Position numbers and translations under genes: made by a program. The notes beneath the pieces were generated by a model. The model searched no databases, was not told the origin of the DNA, and worked only from the letters and a program-made list of their open reading frames with translations. Below, piece after piece: positions 39,462 to 50,086 of a stretch of 56,933 nucleotides of DNA. How positions within the stretch are numbered: the stretch's first letter is position 1; the number at the start of each line of letters is the position of its first letter. Source of the DNA: a candidate division WOR-3 bacterium (GTDB lineage: Bacteria; Hydrothermota; Hydrothermia; LBFQ01); contig JALUCS010000015.1 of the NCBI GenBank assembly GCA_027050205.1, forward strand, positions 1-56,933, written 5' to 3'.

Positions 39462-39908
39462 ACAGTACGTACGACCGCATCCGGAAGATGGTTTTTCATC
39501 AATTCGCCCAGTACGGATTTTGCATCCTCCCATAAGTTTTGAACCTGAACTCCTCCGTTAATCCATATGGAGTCCAAGAATCCCCACGGCTCCCTTCGCA
39601 AAGTATCAAAAATTGTCAAGGATGAAGGTTATTTATCGTGGTTTTATGGGTAGTAGATTCGGGCGTAATATTAGGCCTGATAGGGGATTGAACCCGATCC
39701 GGATGTAATCCATACGAACATAGATGCCGAGATGTTCTTCCTCAAAGCTCTTTCTTTCCCACTTGTTCTTTCCATCCTTTCTCTTGCTCGTCTCCTATAC
39801 TTCAACTAGCAACTCGCGTAGATAGAATTTCCCCGTTGGCCAACCCGCCGGGAACCGACGTCGGACTTCACCTTCGCCGGTTAGGGTTCCTACTGTAGAA
39901 TAACGGCC

Positions 39909-41090
39909 ATGGTCGACCTCTCCCTAAGCGAAGATCACAGGGCGATAAGGGAACTCGTCAGGGATTTCGTGAAGCGACGGGTAGTACCCATAGCCTCGGA
40001 TATTGACGAGAGGGAGGAGTTCCCCTACGAGACCGTCCGGGAGATGGGGGAACTTGGGCTTCTCGGTGTGAAGGTCTCGGAGGAGTGGGGCGGTGCAGGA
40101 ATGGACACTTTGGCCTACATACTGGTGATAGAGGAGTTAGCCAAGGAGTGCGCCTCCCACGCCGTCATAGCATCCGTCAACAACTCCCTCTACGCCTACG
40201 GCGTTGAGAAGTTCGGGACACCGGAGCAGAAGGAGAAGTTCCTGAAGCCTCTGGTTTCACCCGAAACGGCAGGTAAGAGGGTGGGCAACTCCGTTATGAT
40301 AGGGGCCTACGCCCTCACGGAACCGCACACTGGGTCCGACGCCGCCGCCCTCAAGACGAGGGCCGAGAAGAGGGGGGACAGGTGGATAATCAACGGTCAA
40401 AAGGTCTGGATAACCAACGCCCCGGTCGCCCGCTACGCCATCCTCTTCGCCCAGAGCAACCCGGAGCTGCGCCACAAGGGGGTGGTGGCCTTCCTGATAG
40501 ACCTGGAGAGGGAGGGGGTGATAAGGGGGCAGAGGGAGAAGAAACTCGGAATAAGGGCGGCTTGGAGCGGTGAGATAGTCCTTGAGAACTACGAGGCGAC
40601 GGAGGACGAGGTCCTCGGGGAGCCGGGACAGGGCTTTAAGATAGCGATGGAGATACTGAACGACGGCCGCATCGGTATAGGGGCGCAGGCCCTCGGAATA
40701 GCCGAAGGGGCCTACGAGGAGGCCCGCCTCTTCGCCAGGGACAGGGTGGCCTTCGGAAAGCCCATATACCAGCACCAGGCCGTGGGCTTCACCCTCGCCG
40801 ATATGTGGACCCGAATAGAGGCATCCCGCCTCCTCCTGTACAAGGCGGCCTGGCTGAAGGACACCGGCCAGGAGTACTACTGGGCATCATCCATGGCGAA
40901 GATGTATGTCAGCGAAACCGCCATGTGGGTGACCACCAAGGCCATACAGGTGATGGGGAGTACGGGGTACTCCCGTGAGACCAAGGTCCAGAGGCTCTTC
41001 AGGGACGCCAAGGTGACGGAGATATACGAGGGTACGAACGAGATACAGAGGTTGATATTAAGCCGCAGGTTAATGAAGGAGGTGCTGTGA
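39909..41090 (+). CDS. Acyl-CoA dehydrogenase (short/branched-chain type)
   Basis: ALTEPHTGSDA, WITNA, KLGIRA, GRIGIGAQALG, RDAKVTEIYEGTNEIQR. Confidence 0.92.
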   Translation: MVDLSLSEDHRAIRELVRDFVKRRVVPIASDIDEREEFPYETVREMGELGLLGVKVSEEWGGAGMDTLAYILVIEELAKECASHAVIASVNNSLYAYGVEKFGTPEQKEKFLKPLVSPETAGKRVGNSVMIGAYALTEPHTGSDAAALKTRAEKRGDRWIINGQKVWITNAPVARYAILFAQSNPELRHKGVVAFLIDLEREGVIRGQREKKLGIRAAWSGEIVLENYEATEDEVLGEPGQGFKIAMEILNDGRIGIGAQALGIAEGAYEEARLFARDRVAFGKPIYQHQAVGFTLADMWTRIEASRLLLYKAAWLKDTGQEYYWASSMAKMYVSETAMWVTTKAIQVMGSTGYSRETKVQRLFRDAKVTEIYEGTNEIQRLILSRRLMKEVL

Positions 41091-41899
41091 TGGACAAGGT
41101 AAGGCTTACGCTCTATGGCCTTATGGCATTAGCCCTGACGATACCCTTCTTCTTCAAGCCCAAGATAAGCGTTGAGCCATCTCCGGAGGTCAAGGACGCG
41201 TACAACTTCATAGACCATCTCCCCGACAACTGCCGCGTTATTTTCTCCGTAGACTACGGTCCCTCCTCCCAGCCGGAGACCCACCCGATGGTGATAGCCA
41301 TGGCCCGCCACCTCTTCCGGAAGCACTGCAAGATAGCCGTTATGACTCTATGGGGTGTAGATGGAATAATGATGGGGAACGACGCCATGAACTACGTCAC
41401 CCGGAAGGTGGGGGCGGAGTACGGAAAGGACTGGGTGATGCTCGGCTTCCGTCCGGGTCTGGCTGCCGTCCTGACCAACATCGGCACGGACTTCAAGAGC
41501 GTCTTTGACGCGGACGTTAAGGGAACCCCCATAGACCAGATACCCTGGCTCAAGGACGTCAAGACCGTAAAGGACTTTGACCTCGTCGTAGACTTCGCCG
41601 CAGGAGCTACAGGGGACTATTGGGTCCAGATAACTGGAGCCAGGTACGGGATACCAATTATTATTGGTTCAACGGCCGTGATAGCCCCATCCCTCTACCC
41701 CTACTATCAGGCCAAGCAGATAGAGGGCATACTCGGAGGTCTCAAGGGGGCGGCGGACTACGAGTACCTGGTCGGCCATCCGGACATGGCCACGACGGGT
41801 ATGCTCGCCCAGACCGGAGGCCACCTCGTTATACTGATCTTCATCCTCATAGGGAACGTCCTCTACTTCTTTGGCAAGAGGGAGAGGAGGAGGCTCTAA
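41087..41899 (+). CDS. Hypothetical membrane-anchored protein
   Basis: N- and C-terminal TMs around a soluble domain (DYGPSSQPE, YGKDWV.LG, PYYQAKQ.EG.LGG.KGAADYE). Confidence 0.7.
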   Translation: MMDKVRLTLYGLMALALTIPFFFKPKISVEPSPEVKDAYNFIDHLPDNCRVIFSVDYGPSSQPETHPMVIAMARHLFRKHCKIAVMTLWGVDGIMMGNDAMNYVTRKVGAEYGKDWVMLGFRPGLAAVLTNIGTDFKSVFDADVKGTPIDQIPWLKDVKTVKDFDLVVDFAAGATGDYWVQITGARYGIPIIIGSTAVIAPSLYPYYQAKQIEGILGGLKGAADYEYLVGHPDMATTGMLAQTGGHLVILIFILIGNVLYFFGKRERRRL

Positions 41900-42318
41900 C
41901 GTAGGGCGTTATCTACGCTAACTACGACCACCGACCACAGGGCGAAGGACAGGAAGAACTGGAGGGTCCTTCCGGCCCTGGCAAACTCGTAGGCACTCCA
42001 GAGGAAACCGATTGCGAGGATAAAGACCTGTAAGATAAACATAACTGCAAAGAAGGGCGGACTTCCGAAGCTCATTACGTTGGTGATGGTGGAGACGGCG
42101 ATGGCTATGTCTAAGGGTAGGAAGAGGTTCTCCTTGAGAGGCCCGGCCTTGAGCATACGGGTTACGGCGAGGTATATCGGGAAGTAAAAGAGGGATACGC
42201 CGGCCAAGAACAGAGCAGGACGCAGGAGGTGACTATCAACGGCGGCGAAACTTAGGGAATACAGGGCCATAAGGAGGGTGGTTAGGAGCTCGTGGGAGTA
42301 CCTGAACCTCAACCTCAT
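41896..42318 (-). CDS. Hypothetical membrane protein
   Basis: Four to five hydrophobic segments. ATGA-coupled to fmt. Confidence 0.65.
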   Translation of the reverse strand: MRLRFRYSHELLTTLLMALYSLSFAAVDSHLLRPALFLAGVSLFYFPIYLAVTRMLKAGPLKENLFLPLDIAIAVSTITNVMSFGSPPFFAVMFILQVFILAIGFLWSAYEFARAGRTLQFFLSFALWSVVVVSVDNALR

Positions 42319-43232
42319 CGCAGATAACCGTTGGCGAACTCACCGGGCGACAGCGGACGGGGTTTTCCGGCCACCTTAAGGCTAAGGATCCGTGCGGCAC
42401 CGTCGGAGCAACCGAGGAGCAAGGCGTCTTCCTCTTTGAGATACGCGAACTCCCCAACGGGAGGGATCACCTCCCCTACGTAAGGGTTGGCCTTCAGGAG
42501 CTTAAGGTGCAGCCCCTTCGCCTCCCAATAGAAACGGGCGCCCGGCTCCGGGGATAGGCCGTTTATCCTGCCCACCGTGGGCCGTACCCCCTCCTCCGGT
42601 CGGACGACCTCGTCCTCCGGTTTGAGCCTTGGGGCGTAGGATACCTCACCCTCCTGGGGTATGGGCCTGACCTTGCCCTCGGCGAGGAGGTTGGCCCCTT
42701 CGTACAGGAGTCGGGCGGCCAAGGCGGCGAATTCGGGCAGGACCTCCCCCTTCGTCCTGTGGCACGGATCCAGCGTAACGCCCTCCCGCAGGACTATACC
42801 CCCCGCATCAACCCTCTCCTCCATCACGAAGACCGTGACCCCGCTTATCTCGTCGCAGTTGAAGAACGCCCTCTCTATGGGGGAGGCCCCCCTGTACTTC
42901 GGAAGCAGGGAGGGATGGGCGCCAAGAGGGGCCACCTTCGGCACCCTCAAGACCTCCCCCTTGAGTATAGCCCCGTAGTCTATCAGGAACAGAAAGTCGG
43001 GAGTCATCTCCCTAAGCGCAGCAACCACCTCCGGGGCGTTGGGATTCTCCGGCGTCAGGACCTTGAGGCCCCGCTCCGAGGCAAGGGCCTTTACGGGGGT
43101 GGGGGTTAGCTTACGCTTCCTGCCCTTCGGCCTATCCGGTCGGCTCACCACCGCGATCGGGGGGCCGTACCTCAAAAGTTCCTCTAAGGTTAGGCGTCCG
43201 AGTTGCCCACTACCAAAGAAAACGTACCTCAT
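42315..43232 (-). CDS. fmt: Methionyl-tRNA formyltransferase
   Basis: [35 protein letters not shown]....DAG. Confidence 0.92.
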   Translation of the reverse strand: MRYVFFGSGQLGRLTLEELLRYGPPIAVVSRPDRPKGRKRKLTPTPVKALASERGLKVLTPENPNAPEVVAALREMTPDFLFLIDYGAILKGEVLRVPKVAPLGAHPSLLPKYRGASPIERAFFNCDEISGVTVFVMEERVDAGGIVLREGVTLDPCHRTKGEVLPEFAALAARLLYEGANLLAEGKVRPIPQEGEVSYAPRLKPEDEVVRPEEGVRPTVGRINGLSPEPGARFYWEAKGLHLKLLKANPYVGEVIPPVGEFAYLKEEDALLLGCSDGAARILSLKVAGKPRPLSPGEFANGYLR

Positions 43233-43301
43233 CCGGGTGCCGATTCTAAGCCGGACGGAGGCGACCATCCCCACCCCCCTTTCAGGGCTATAATATGGAG
43301 A

Positions 43302-44048
43302 ATGGCCGGACACAGCAAATGGGCGCAGATCAAACACAAGAAGGCACGGGTGGATGCGAAGCGGAGTAAGATCTTCAACAAGCTCATAAGGGAGATCCAG
43401 GTCGCGGCGAGGCTCGGAGGGGGGAACCCCGACACCAACCCCCGTCTCCGGTTGGCCATAGAGAAGGCCAAGGAGGCTAACATGCCCTGGGAGAACATAG
43501 AGAGGGCCATAAAGAGGGGAACGGGGCAGTTGGAGGGGGTTCAGTACGAGGAGGTAATATACGAAGGGTACGGACCCGGAGGCGTGGCCTTTATGGTCAA
43601 GGCTATGACGGACAACCGCAACCGCACCACGGGGGAGCTGCGGCACCTCTTCTCCAAGTACGGTGGGAACCTCGCCTCTCCGGGGAGCGTGGCGTGGCAG
43701 TTCAGCGAGGCCGGGGTGATATACGTGGAGAAGGACAAGGTTGATGAGGACACCATATACGAGGTGGCCCTTGAGGCCGGGGCGGAGGACGTTCGCGAGG
43801 AGGAGGACACCTGGCTAATCCTAACCTCCCCGTCCGACTTCTCGGCCGTAAAGGAGGCCATAGAGGGGGCCGGCATACCCATCTCCTCCGCTCAGGTCAC
43901 CATGCTCCCGCAGAACACCGTCAGGGTTGAGGGGAGGACGGCCGAGACCGTCCTGAAGCTCTATCAGGCCCTTGAAGACCACGACGACGTCCAGCAGGTC
44001 TACGCGAACTTTGACATAGACGCCTCCATCTTAGAGAAGGTGGCTTGA
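43302..44048 (+). CDS. yebC: YebC/PmpR family protein
   Basis: [39 protein letters not shown]. Confidence 0.96.
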   Translation: MAGHSKWAQIKHKKARVDAKRSKIFNKLIREIQVAARLGGGNPDTNPRLRLAIEKAKEANMPWENIERAIKRGTGQLEGVQYEEVIYEGYGPGGVAFMVKAMTDNRNRTTGELRHLFSKYGGNLASPGSVAWQFSEAGVIYVEKDKVDEDTIYEVALEAGAEDVREEEDTWLILTSPSDFSAVKEAIEGAGIPISSAQVTMLPQNTVRVEGRTAETVLKLYQALEDHDDVQQVYANFDIDASILEKVA

Positions 44049-44485
44049 GGGTACTCGGCCTTGACCCTTCCCTCCGGGCAACGGGGTGGATAGTGGTAGA
44101 GAAAGGAGAAGTGTTGGGCTGGGGGGTGATCAGGACGAGGGGGGAACTGACCGACAGCTTGGCCGTCATAAGGGACACCCTTAGGGAGGTACTCTCAAGG
44201 TTGCAACCCGACAAGGCGGTGATGGAGGCGATAATATACCATCGCAACCCGAAGGTCGCCATCCTCCTCGGTGCCGTTCGGGGCGTTATCCTGCTCACCT
44301 TGAGGGATATGGGGATACCGGTTGAGGAGGTCTCCCCCTCCCGTCTCAAGATGTCCTCCACCCGCTACGGTAAGGCCTCAAAGGAACAGGTCGCCCGCAT
44401 CCTGAAGGCCCTCTACGGCCTTGAGGGGGACGTCCCCGACCACGTCACGGACGCCCTCGCCGCCGCACACTACGTCCTTAGGTAG
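44045..44485 (+). CDS. ruvC: Holliday junction resolvase RuvC
   Basis: VLGLDPS...[20 protein letters not shown]. Sits between yebC and ruvA. Confidence 0.92.
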   Translation: MRVLGLDPSLRATGWIVVEKGEVLGWGVIRTRGELTDSLAVIRDTLREVLSRLQPDKAVMEAIIYHRNPKVAILLGAVRGVILLTLRDMGIPVEEVSPSRLKMSSTRYGKASKEQVARILKALYGLEGDVPDHVTDALAAAHYVLR

Positions 44486-44490
44486 CCGAT

Positions 44491-45051
44491 ATGATAGCCG
44501 GCATAGTAGGTAAGGTCTCCAAAGTCAGGGACGATGGGATAGACGTTGAGACCCCTTCGGGGTTGATCTTCTTCGTTAGGCTACCCGCCTCCCAGATACC
44601 CGCCGAGGGTGAGGAGGTGAGGCTCTACGTCCACACCGTCTTCAACCAGCAGAGCGGATTTGAGCTGTACGGTTTCAAGGAGGAGGCCCAGTTGGAGGTA
44701 TTCCGTACCCTCCTTGAGGTCCCCGGTATAGGGCCGGCGATGGCCCTCCGGATCCTGTCCGAGCTTAGTCTGAAGGAGCTGGCCATGGCCGTACGGATGG
44801 GGAACGTGAACGTCCTCAAGAGGGTCAAGGGCCTTGGGACGAAGAAGGCGGAGATGGTAGTCTTCGCCCTGAAGGACGTACCCCTGCCGGAGGTGGAGGA
44901 GGAGGCGGAGGTATCCGAAGCCATAAAGGCCCTAACCGTCCTCGGTATGGACTACGTTCAGGCCCGCGACCTCGTCCTCCAAGGGGTCCGTGAGGGCCTA
45001 AAGAGTGTAGAGGACCTCATAAGCTATGCCCTAAAGCGGCGGGGTAGTTAG
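44491..45051 (+). CDS. ruvA: Holliday junction branch migration protein RuvA
   Basis: MIAGIVG, LYGF, HhH VPGIGPAMAL and VKGLG.K.A. Confidence 0.92.
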   Translation: MIAGIVGKVSKVRDDGIDVETPSGLIFFVRLPASQIPAEGEEVRLYVHTVFNQQSGFELYGFKEEAQLEVFRTLLEVPGIGPAMALRILSELSLKELAMAVRMGNVNVLKRVKGLGTKKAEMVVFALKDVPLPEVEEEAEVSEAIKALTVLGMDYVQARDLVLQGVREGLKSVEDLISYALKRRGS

Positions 45052-46037
45052 AACCCCTCCAGGTCCTCCAAGGAGAAGAGGAGGTGGAAGTTGAGGTATA
45101 TAGTTGCCCCTAAGAGGTTAAGCCTGTCCTCCGGAGGGAGGTGGGTGTCGTAGGGGATCACCACCCCTACATCCAAGGCCAGGTTCCTAAAGGGGTAGTG
45201 CCTGATACCAAGGAAGGTGTGGAGGACGGCAAAGACGGTGTCCTCTTGGAGACGGTTGGTGGGAGAGTACCGGGCCGCCCCTCCGAGGGTGTCGGAGGCC
45301 ACAAGTCCCCTGTAGAGGTACTTGGGGAGGGCGTTAAGTTCAAAGAGGAGGTCCGTACCTTTCCGCCAGGCGTAGGTACCGCCGACGTATCCCCCGTAAA
45401 AGGTCATCCTCTTCTCCCCCTTGACCTCGCGGAAGGGGTCGGAGTTTAACCACGCCCTAAGGCTGTCGCAGAGGGTGCCACCCTCGCAGTTCTTGAGGGA
45501 GGGAAGCCCCTCCATCTCCATCCTCGTACCGGATTCCTCAACGAAGGGGGAGGCGGATATTGAGACCCTACCGAAGTTGAAGGTGATAGGGAGCATTACG
45601 GATGCGGTGCGGATACGGTAGGTGCGTAGAAAGTTGCGGTAGATTGGGCCGGGGGCGAAGAGGACGAGTGTATCCACGACGTAGTAGGTCATACCGGGGG
45701 AAACCTTCAGCTTCAGGGCCGCAGAGAGGAAAGAGGTCTTGACGAGGCGGAGCTTCATAGCAGTGGCGAGGTTTCCCGGCTGGAAGGCGGGGAGGTTGCT
45801 AAGGAGGCGGCCCACCGAGAGGGTGACCTCGGAGACATCGCCCAACCCTACGTTCAGGACGCCGTGCCATATACCGTAGTCCCGGAACTGGTTGTCAAGG
45901 ATGGTGCCGCCGTAGAGCCAGACGGTGCCGTCCGGTAGGACGTTGGCCGTAGGGCCGAGGAAGAGGCGGGTTGGGGCGTACCCCCTTTGGGAGTATGGGG
46001 AGGCGACCACCACTTGAGATACTACGGCCATCAGCAT
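45048..46037 (-). CDS. Hypothetical outer-membrane beta-barrel-like protein
   Basis: PTANVLPDG motif, GLGDVSEV, amphipathic strands, Cys pair in a loop. Confidence 0.6.
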   Translation of the reverse strand: MLMAVVSQVVVASPYSQRGYAPTRLFLGPTANVLPDGTVWLYGGTILDNQFRDYGIWHGVLNVGLGDVSEVTLSVGRLLSNLPAFQPGNLATAMKLRLVKTSFLSAALKLKVSPGMTYYVVDTLVLFAPGPIYRNFLRTYRIRTASVMLPITFNFGRVSISASPFVEESGTRMEMEGLPSLKNCEGGTLCDSLRAWLNSDPFREVKGEKRMTFYGGYVGGTYAWRKGTDLLFELNALPKYLYRGLVASDTLGGAARYSPTNRLQEDTVFAVLHTFLGIRHYPFRNLALDVGVVIPYDTHLPPEDRLNLLGATIYLNFHLLFSLEDLEGF

Positions 46038-46041
46038 ACCC

Positions 46042-46446
46042 CTACCTCGCCCTTACCCGTAAGGTTATCTTAACGTGGTCGTAGTCGTATATCCGGATGG
46101 CCTTCGGTACGGTACATAGGGAGTCGGAGCATACGAACCCGTAAAGGTCTCCGGGGGAGACCTCGCCGTTCCTATCCGTATCCTTCCACGCCCTGATGTA
46201 GTAGGTGCCTTCGGGGAGGTAGAAGTCGGATACCCATCCGGTGTCCCCTATAATGCCCTCAATCGCGGACCTCCGGACTAAGACGGTGAAGGTGCTGTCG
46301 GCGAAGGCCTCAACGCGGGTGCTGTCCAACGTAAGGAGGGTGTCGGTGTTGATCACCACGACCTCTACGGTGGTGTCCGTTGGTGTCAGGGTTGGGGTCG
46401 TACATCCAAAAAGTATCCCCAGAAGGGGTACGGCTCTCCGTACCAT
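46042..46446 (-). CDS. Hypothetical lipoprotein (DUF2141-like)
   Basis: Lipobox LFGC and LPEGTYYIRAWKDTDRNG. Confidence 0.7.
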   Translation of the reverse strand: MVRRAVPLLGILFGCTTPTLTPTDTTVEVVVINTDTLLTLDSTRVEAFADSTFTVLVRRSAIEGIIGDTGWVSDFYLPEGTYYIRAWKDTDRNGEVSPGDLYGFVCSDSLCTVPKAIRIYDYDHVKITLRVRAR

Positions 46447-46551
46447 AATGGGTATTTTAAGGGGGGGTATGGAGAGCCATTTCCAAAGGCCAGAACGTAT
46501 AGGGGATGTTCAGCAAACGCCCTAAATCCGAAGTATTCCCAACTCTCTCGC

Positions 46552-46695
46552 ACTCTTGGGGAACTCATTACGGAAGGGCATGAGATGGGATTTCAAGAGG
46601 GTTTGGGTCTCGTTATGAAGAGGGCTATAAGTTTGATAAATCTCAAGAGTGTAGAGGAATTAAGAGAGGAGATAAAGGAGATATTTGGAGACTAA
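46552..46695 (+). pseudogene. Remnant resembling the C-terminus of an Rpn/YhgA-like (transposase_31) protein
   Basis: Reads TLGELITEGHEMGFQEGLG...LKSVEELREEIKEIFGD*. AT-richer than the host genes. Confidence 0.4.
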
Positions 46696-46836
46696 ACTAA
46701 AGTATAATAAGGAAGGCAATACACTATAACACCTGCAATGTGGAGAATCTCGTTCCAACGGTTCCTCATAGGACTCATTACCCTATCCGCTCATCCCCGG
46801 ATATCATGGTACATCCTCCATCGTATAATAGACGCT

Positions 46837-48225
46837 ATGCTCTACCACTTCCTCTTAGCGAGCGCCGAAGGTGCCCACGAGGCTATGGCCCTTCCCCTAT
46901 GGACGGTGATACCGTTCGTAGGACTGCTGCTGACCATAGGGGTAATGTCCTTCATCGCGGCCAACTATCCGCACCACAGGCTGGCCCATATGTGGGAGAA
47001 CAACAACTACAAGTTGGCGATAGCGACCCTGTGGGCGATACCGGTTCTGATCCTCTTCGCCACCCTCGGCGAATGGAGACCCATCATACACAGCCTTGAA
47101 GAGTACTTCGCCTTCATCGTCCTCATCTTCTCCCTCTTCGCCATATCCGGGGGCATATACCTTGAGGGGGACCTGAAGGCTACGCCCCTCGTGAATACCA
47201 TCTTCCTCGCCATAGGAGCGGTGATAGCCAACTTCTTCGGGACGGCAGGGGCCAGCATGATCCTCATAAGGCCCCTATTGAGGACGAACTCCGAAAGGGC
47301 CATAACCCACCACATACCCATATTCTTCATCTTCATCGTCAGCAACATCGGGGGAAGCCTCCTCCCCATCGGAGACCCTCCGCTCTTCTTGGGATACCTT
47401 AGAGGAGTACCTTTCTTCTGGACGCTCCGGCTCATACCGGAGTGGGCCTTCACCGTCGGAATCCTTCTCCTCATCTTCTACATCTGGGACAGCAGAGCCT
47501 ATAAGAGGGAGGAGAGGTACATAAAGTCCCTTGAGGAGAAGACCTTCAGACCCCTGAAACTCAAGGGGGCCATAAACTTCCTGTGGCTGTTGGGAGTACT
47601 GGCAGCCGTTATATTCCTGACTCCTAAGCAACTTGAGGCGTGGGGGCTGGCCAACGGCCCCTTAAAGTTCCTGCGGGAGTACGTAATGCTCTTCTTCACC
47701 GCCCTCTCCTTCATCACCTCCCCCCTAAGCTCCGAGACCCGCAGGGAGAACAACTTCACCTTTGAGCCTATAAAGGAGGTGGCCTATCTCTTCATCGGTA
47801 TCTTCATAGCCATGGTCCCCGCCCTTGAGATCCTCCGCGCCAAGGGACCCGCCCTCGGCCTCACCGAGCCTTGGCAGTTCTTCTGGGCAACCGGCTCCCT
47901 CTCCTCCTTCCTTGACAACGCCCCGACCTACCTGACCTTCTTCTCCCTCGCCCAGGGTGTGGCCGAGCAGATGCCCCACGCGTACCATATACCTCCGGAG
48001 TTGGCCCACATAGGGGTGCCGGCGAAACTCCTCGCCGCTATATCCATCGGGGCCGTCTTTATGGGAGCCAACACTTACATAGGAAACGCCCCCAACTTCC
48101 TCGTGAAGAGCATAGCCGACGAGTGGGGATACAAGACCCCGGACTTCTTCTCCTATATGCTCAAGTACTCCATCCCCATCCTCATCCCCATCTTCGTCCT
48201 CGTGACGGTCATCTTCCTGCTGTGA
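46837..48225 (+). CDS. Putative sodium:proton antiporter (IT superfamily)
   Basis: GTAGASMILIRPLLRTN, SNIGGSLLPIGDPPLFLGYL, SSFLDNAPTY, GANTYIGNAPNF. TATAAT lies 7 nt before ATG 46837. Confidence 0.88.
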   Translation: MLYHFLLASAEGAHEAMALPLWTVIPFVGLLLTIGVMSFIAANYPHHRLAHMWENNNYKLAIATLWAIPVLILFATLGEWRPIIHSLEEYFAFIVLIFSLFAISGGIYLEGDLKATPLVNTIFLAIGAVIANFFGTAGASMILIRPLLRTNSERAITHHIPIFFIFIVSNIGGSLLPIGDPPLFLGYLRGVPFFWTLRLIPEWAFTVGILLLIFYIWDSRAYKREERYIKSLEEKTFRPLKLKGAINFLWLLGVLAAVIFLTPKQLEAWGLANGPLKFLREYVMLFFTALSFITSPLSSETRRENNFTFEPIKEVAYLFIGIFIAMVPALEILRAKGPALGLTEPWQFFWATGSLSSFLDNAPTYLTFFSLAQGVAEQMPHAYHIPPELAHIGVPAKLLAAISIGAVFMGANTYIGNAPNFLVKSIADEWGYKTPDFFSYMLKYSIPILIPIFVLVTVIFLL

Positions 48226-48268
48226 GCGGAGGGAGGAAAGGCTGTGCGCCCTTAAAATACCTAATGTA

Positions 48269-49306
48269 ATGCCCGCTACGTCGGAGTTTCTCAAGGAGTT
48301 GGAGTTCCGGATACGCTCCTTTTCCCCTAAGGATGAGGACAACGTCTTAGCCCTCCTTAACCTGGGCCTCATAATGCACAACATGGGGTGGTGGAACAGG
48401 TTGAGGTGGTACCTAAGGGAGCTGAAGAGGATAATGCGGGAGTGCAACCTACCGGAGGAGATGAGGCTGGGCTTCAAGAAGTCCATCCACCACTACCACC
48501 TCTCCCTCCACCTCATAGGGGATATGGCCTCCCTTAAGGCCCTTAAACACCTGAAGAGGCTCTTGGAGTTCAGAGACGAGGACCCGTACTTCGTCCACGG
48601 CGCCCTACGGATGTTCTACGAGTATCTCGGCCATGCCCCCCTTGCCTACAAGCACCTCCTCGTATCCGTCAGGCACTCGGAGCCGGGAAGAATCGTCGCC
48701 TGGGTCGGATGTCGTAGGGCGTTCTTTCTGATGTGCGGCGGAAGAGATCCAGCGGATAAGGGCATAGACATAGATAACTGCGAGGGGGAGGAACTGCAAG
48801 GCCGGGTGAAAGAGCTTCCGGAGATGACCGCCCTCGTCAAGGCCCACATCCTCTCTTACGCCGCCTTGATGGACCTCAAGGAAGCCGAGGAGGTGGCAGA
48901 TAGGGTACTCCAAAGCGTGAGGATGGGTATGGAGCGGAACTACGACCACATAACCCTCCGCATCTTGAGGGCCTTCATCCCGGTCCTCATAACCCTTCGT
49001 AGGAGAAGTCTCGCCCGGAACCTCGTTATGATGGCCATATTTACGGCGAAGACGGAGAGGAGCCGTTATATGTACGAGTGGTTTAAGCTCTACAGTATGG
49101 CCATAGAGGGGAACGTGGAGGGTATAGAGAGACGGATAGAGGCCTACGCCCGCAGGAAGTACGTCGCCCACGAAATTTTGGCCAGGGAGATAGCCCACCG
49201 CTTCGGCGTATCCCCGCAGGAGAACCACAGGATAGCCCAGGAGAAGGCCGAGAGATACGGTGGTCAGTGCTACCTTAGGATGGCTAACGCCGTCGCCTCG
49301 TTCTGA
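48269..49306 (+). CDS. Hypothetical helical (TPR-like) protein, paralogue of 29339..30511
   Basis: Shared N-terminal pattern LKE.E.R...N.L.LL...MG....R.YL...HY...LKR.L. Confidence 0.6.
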   Translation: MPATSEFLKELEFRIRSFSPKDEDNVLALLNLGLIMHNMGWWNRLRWYLRELKRIMRECNLPEEMRLGFKKSIHHYHLSLHLIGDMASLKALKHLKRLLEFRDEDPYFVHGALRMFYEYLGHAPLAYKHLLVSVRHSEPGRIVAWVGCRRAFFLMCGGRDPADKGIDIDNCEGEELQGRVKELPEMTALVKAHILSYAALMDLKEAEEVADRVLQSVRMGMERNYDHITLRILRAFIPVLITLRRRSLARNLVMMAIFTAKTERSRYMYEWFKLYSMAIEGNVEGIERRIEAYARRKYVAHEILAREIAHRFGVSPQENHRIAQEKAERYGGQCYLRMANAVASF

Positions 49307-49327
49307 CGTCCGTAGAATCTCCTACCC

Positions 49328-50056
49328 GTGGAGAAACTTCTGCTCGGCATCGTACAGGGCATAACGGAGTTCCTGCCCGTCTCCTCCTCCGGCCACCTCG
49401 TCCTCTTAAAGCACCTCCTTGGCATAGGGGGGAAGGGGGCGTTCTACGAGGTATTCCTGCACTCGGCCACCTTCGTGGCGGTGGTGATAGTCCTACGGGA
49501 CCGCATCTTCAACCGCTCCGCCTTTTGGAGGTACCTCTGGCTCTCGGTTATAGCCACCCTACCCCTATTTTTTGTCGTCCCATTCGCCGATACCGTTGAA
49601 CGTACGTTTGAGAATCCGAAGGTCCTCCCCTTCACGTTCGGTGCGACCGCCCTCGTACTCCTCTCCACATACCTCGTACGACCCGGACGGAGGCGGGCAA
49701 GGTGGTACGACGCCCTCGTGATGGGGTTGGCCCAGGTCTTCGCCCTCCTACCCGGCGTCTCCCGGAGCGGCACCACCATAACCGTAGGTCTCCACAGGCG
49801 TTTGGACCCCGACGAGGCCTTCTCTCTCTCATTCTGGATGTTCCTTCCAGCGGCCCTCGGATCCTTTGTACTTGAACTTCGGAAGGTGGGGGACGTTGCA
49901 CTAACCCCCTGGGACGGTGTGGTCTGGCTTGTGACCTTGGCCGTAGGCGTTGGTAGTTTGACGTTCCTGCGGAAGTTCGTAAGCAAGGGGAAATTTTGGG
50001 TTTTTGGAATATACGCCCTCGCTATCGCCATACTCTCTGCCTTCCTTTTCTTATAA
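49328..50056 (+). CDS. uppP: Undecaprenyl-diphosphate phosphatase
   Basis: GIVQGITEFLPVSSSGHL and PGVSRSGTT. Confidence 0.95.
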   Translation: MEKLLLGIVQGITEFLPVSSSGHLVLLKHLLGIGGKGAFYEVFLHSATFVAVVIVLRDRIFNRSAFWRYLWLSVIATLPLFFVVPFADTVERTFENPKVLPFTFGATALVLLSTYLVRPGRRRARWYDALVMGLAQVFALLPGVSRSGTTITVGLHRRLDPDEAFSLSFWMFLPAALGSFVLELRKVGDVALTPWDGVVWLVTLAVGVGSLTFLRKFVSKGKFWVFGIYALAIAILSAFLFL

Positions 50057-50086
50057 TAAGGTCGTTTCGCCTATAAAATACACACG

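Noticed and set aside
39640..39830. Purine-rich minus-strand stretch resembling a gene remnant
   Set aside because: Stops occur in all frames and no family could be recognised, so no call is supportable.
43233..43646. Long N-terminal extension of fmt
   Set aside because: It is antisense to yebC. The Fmt motif begins at 43232.
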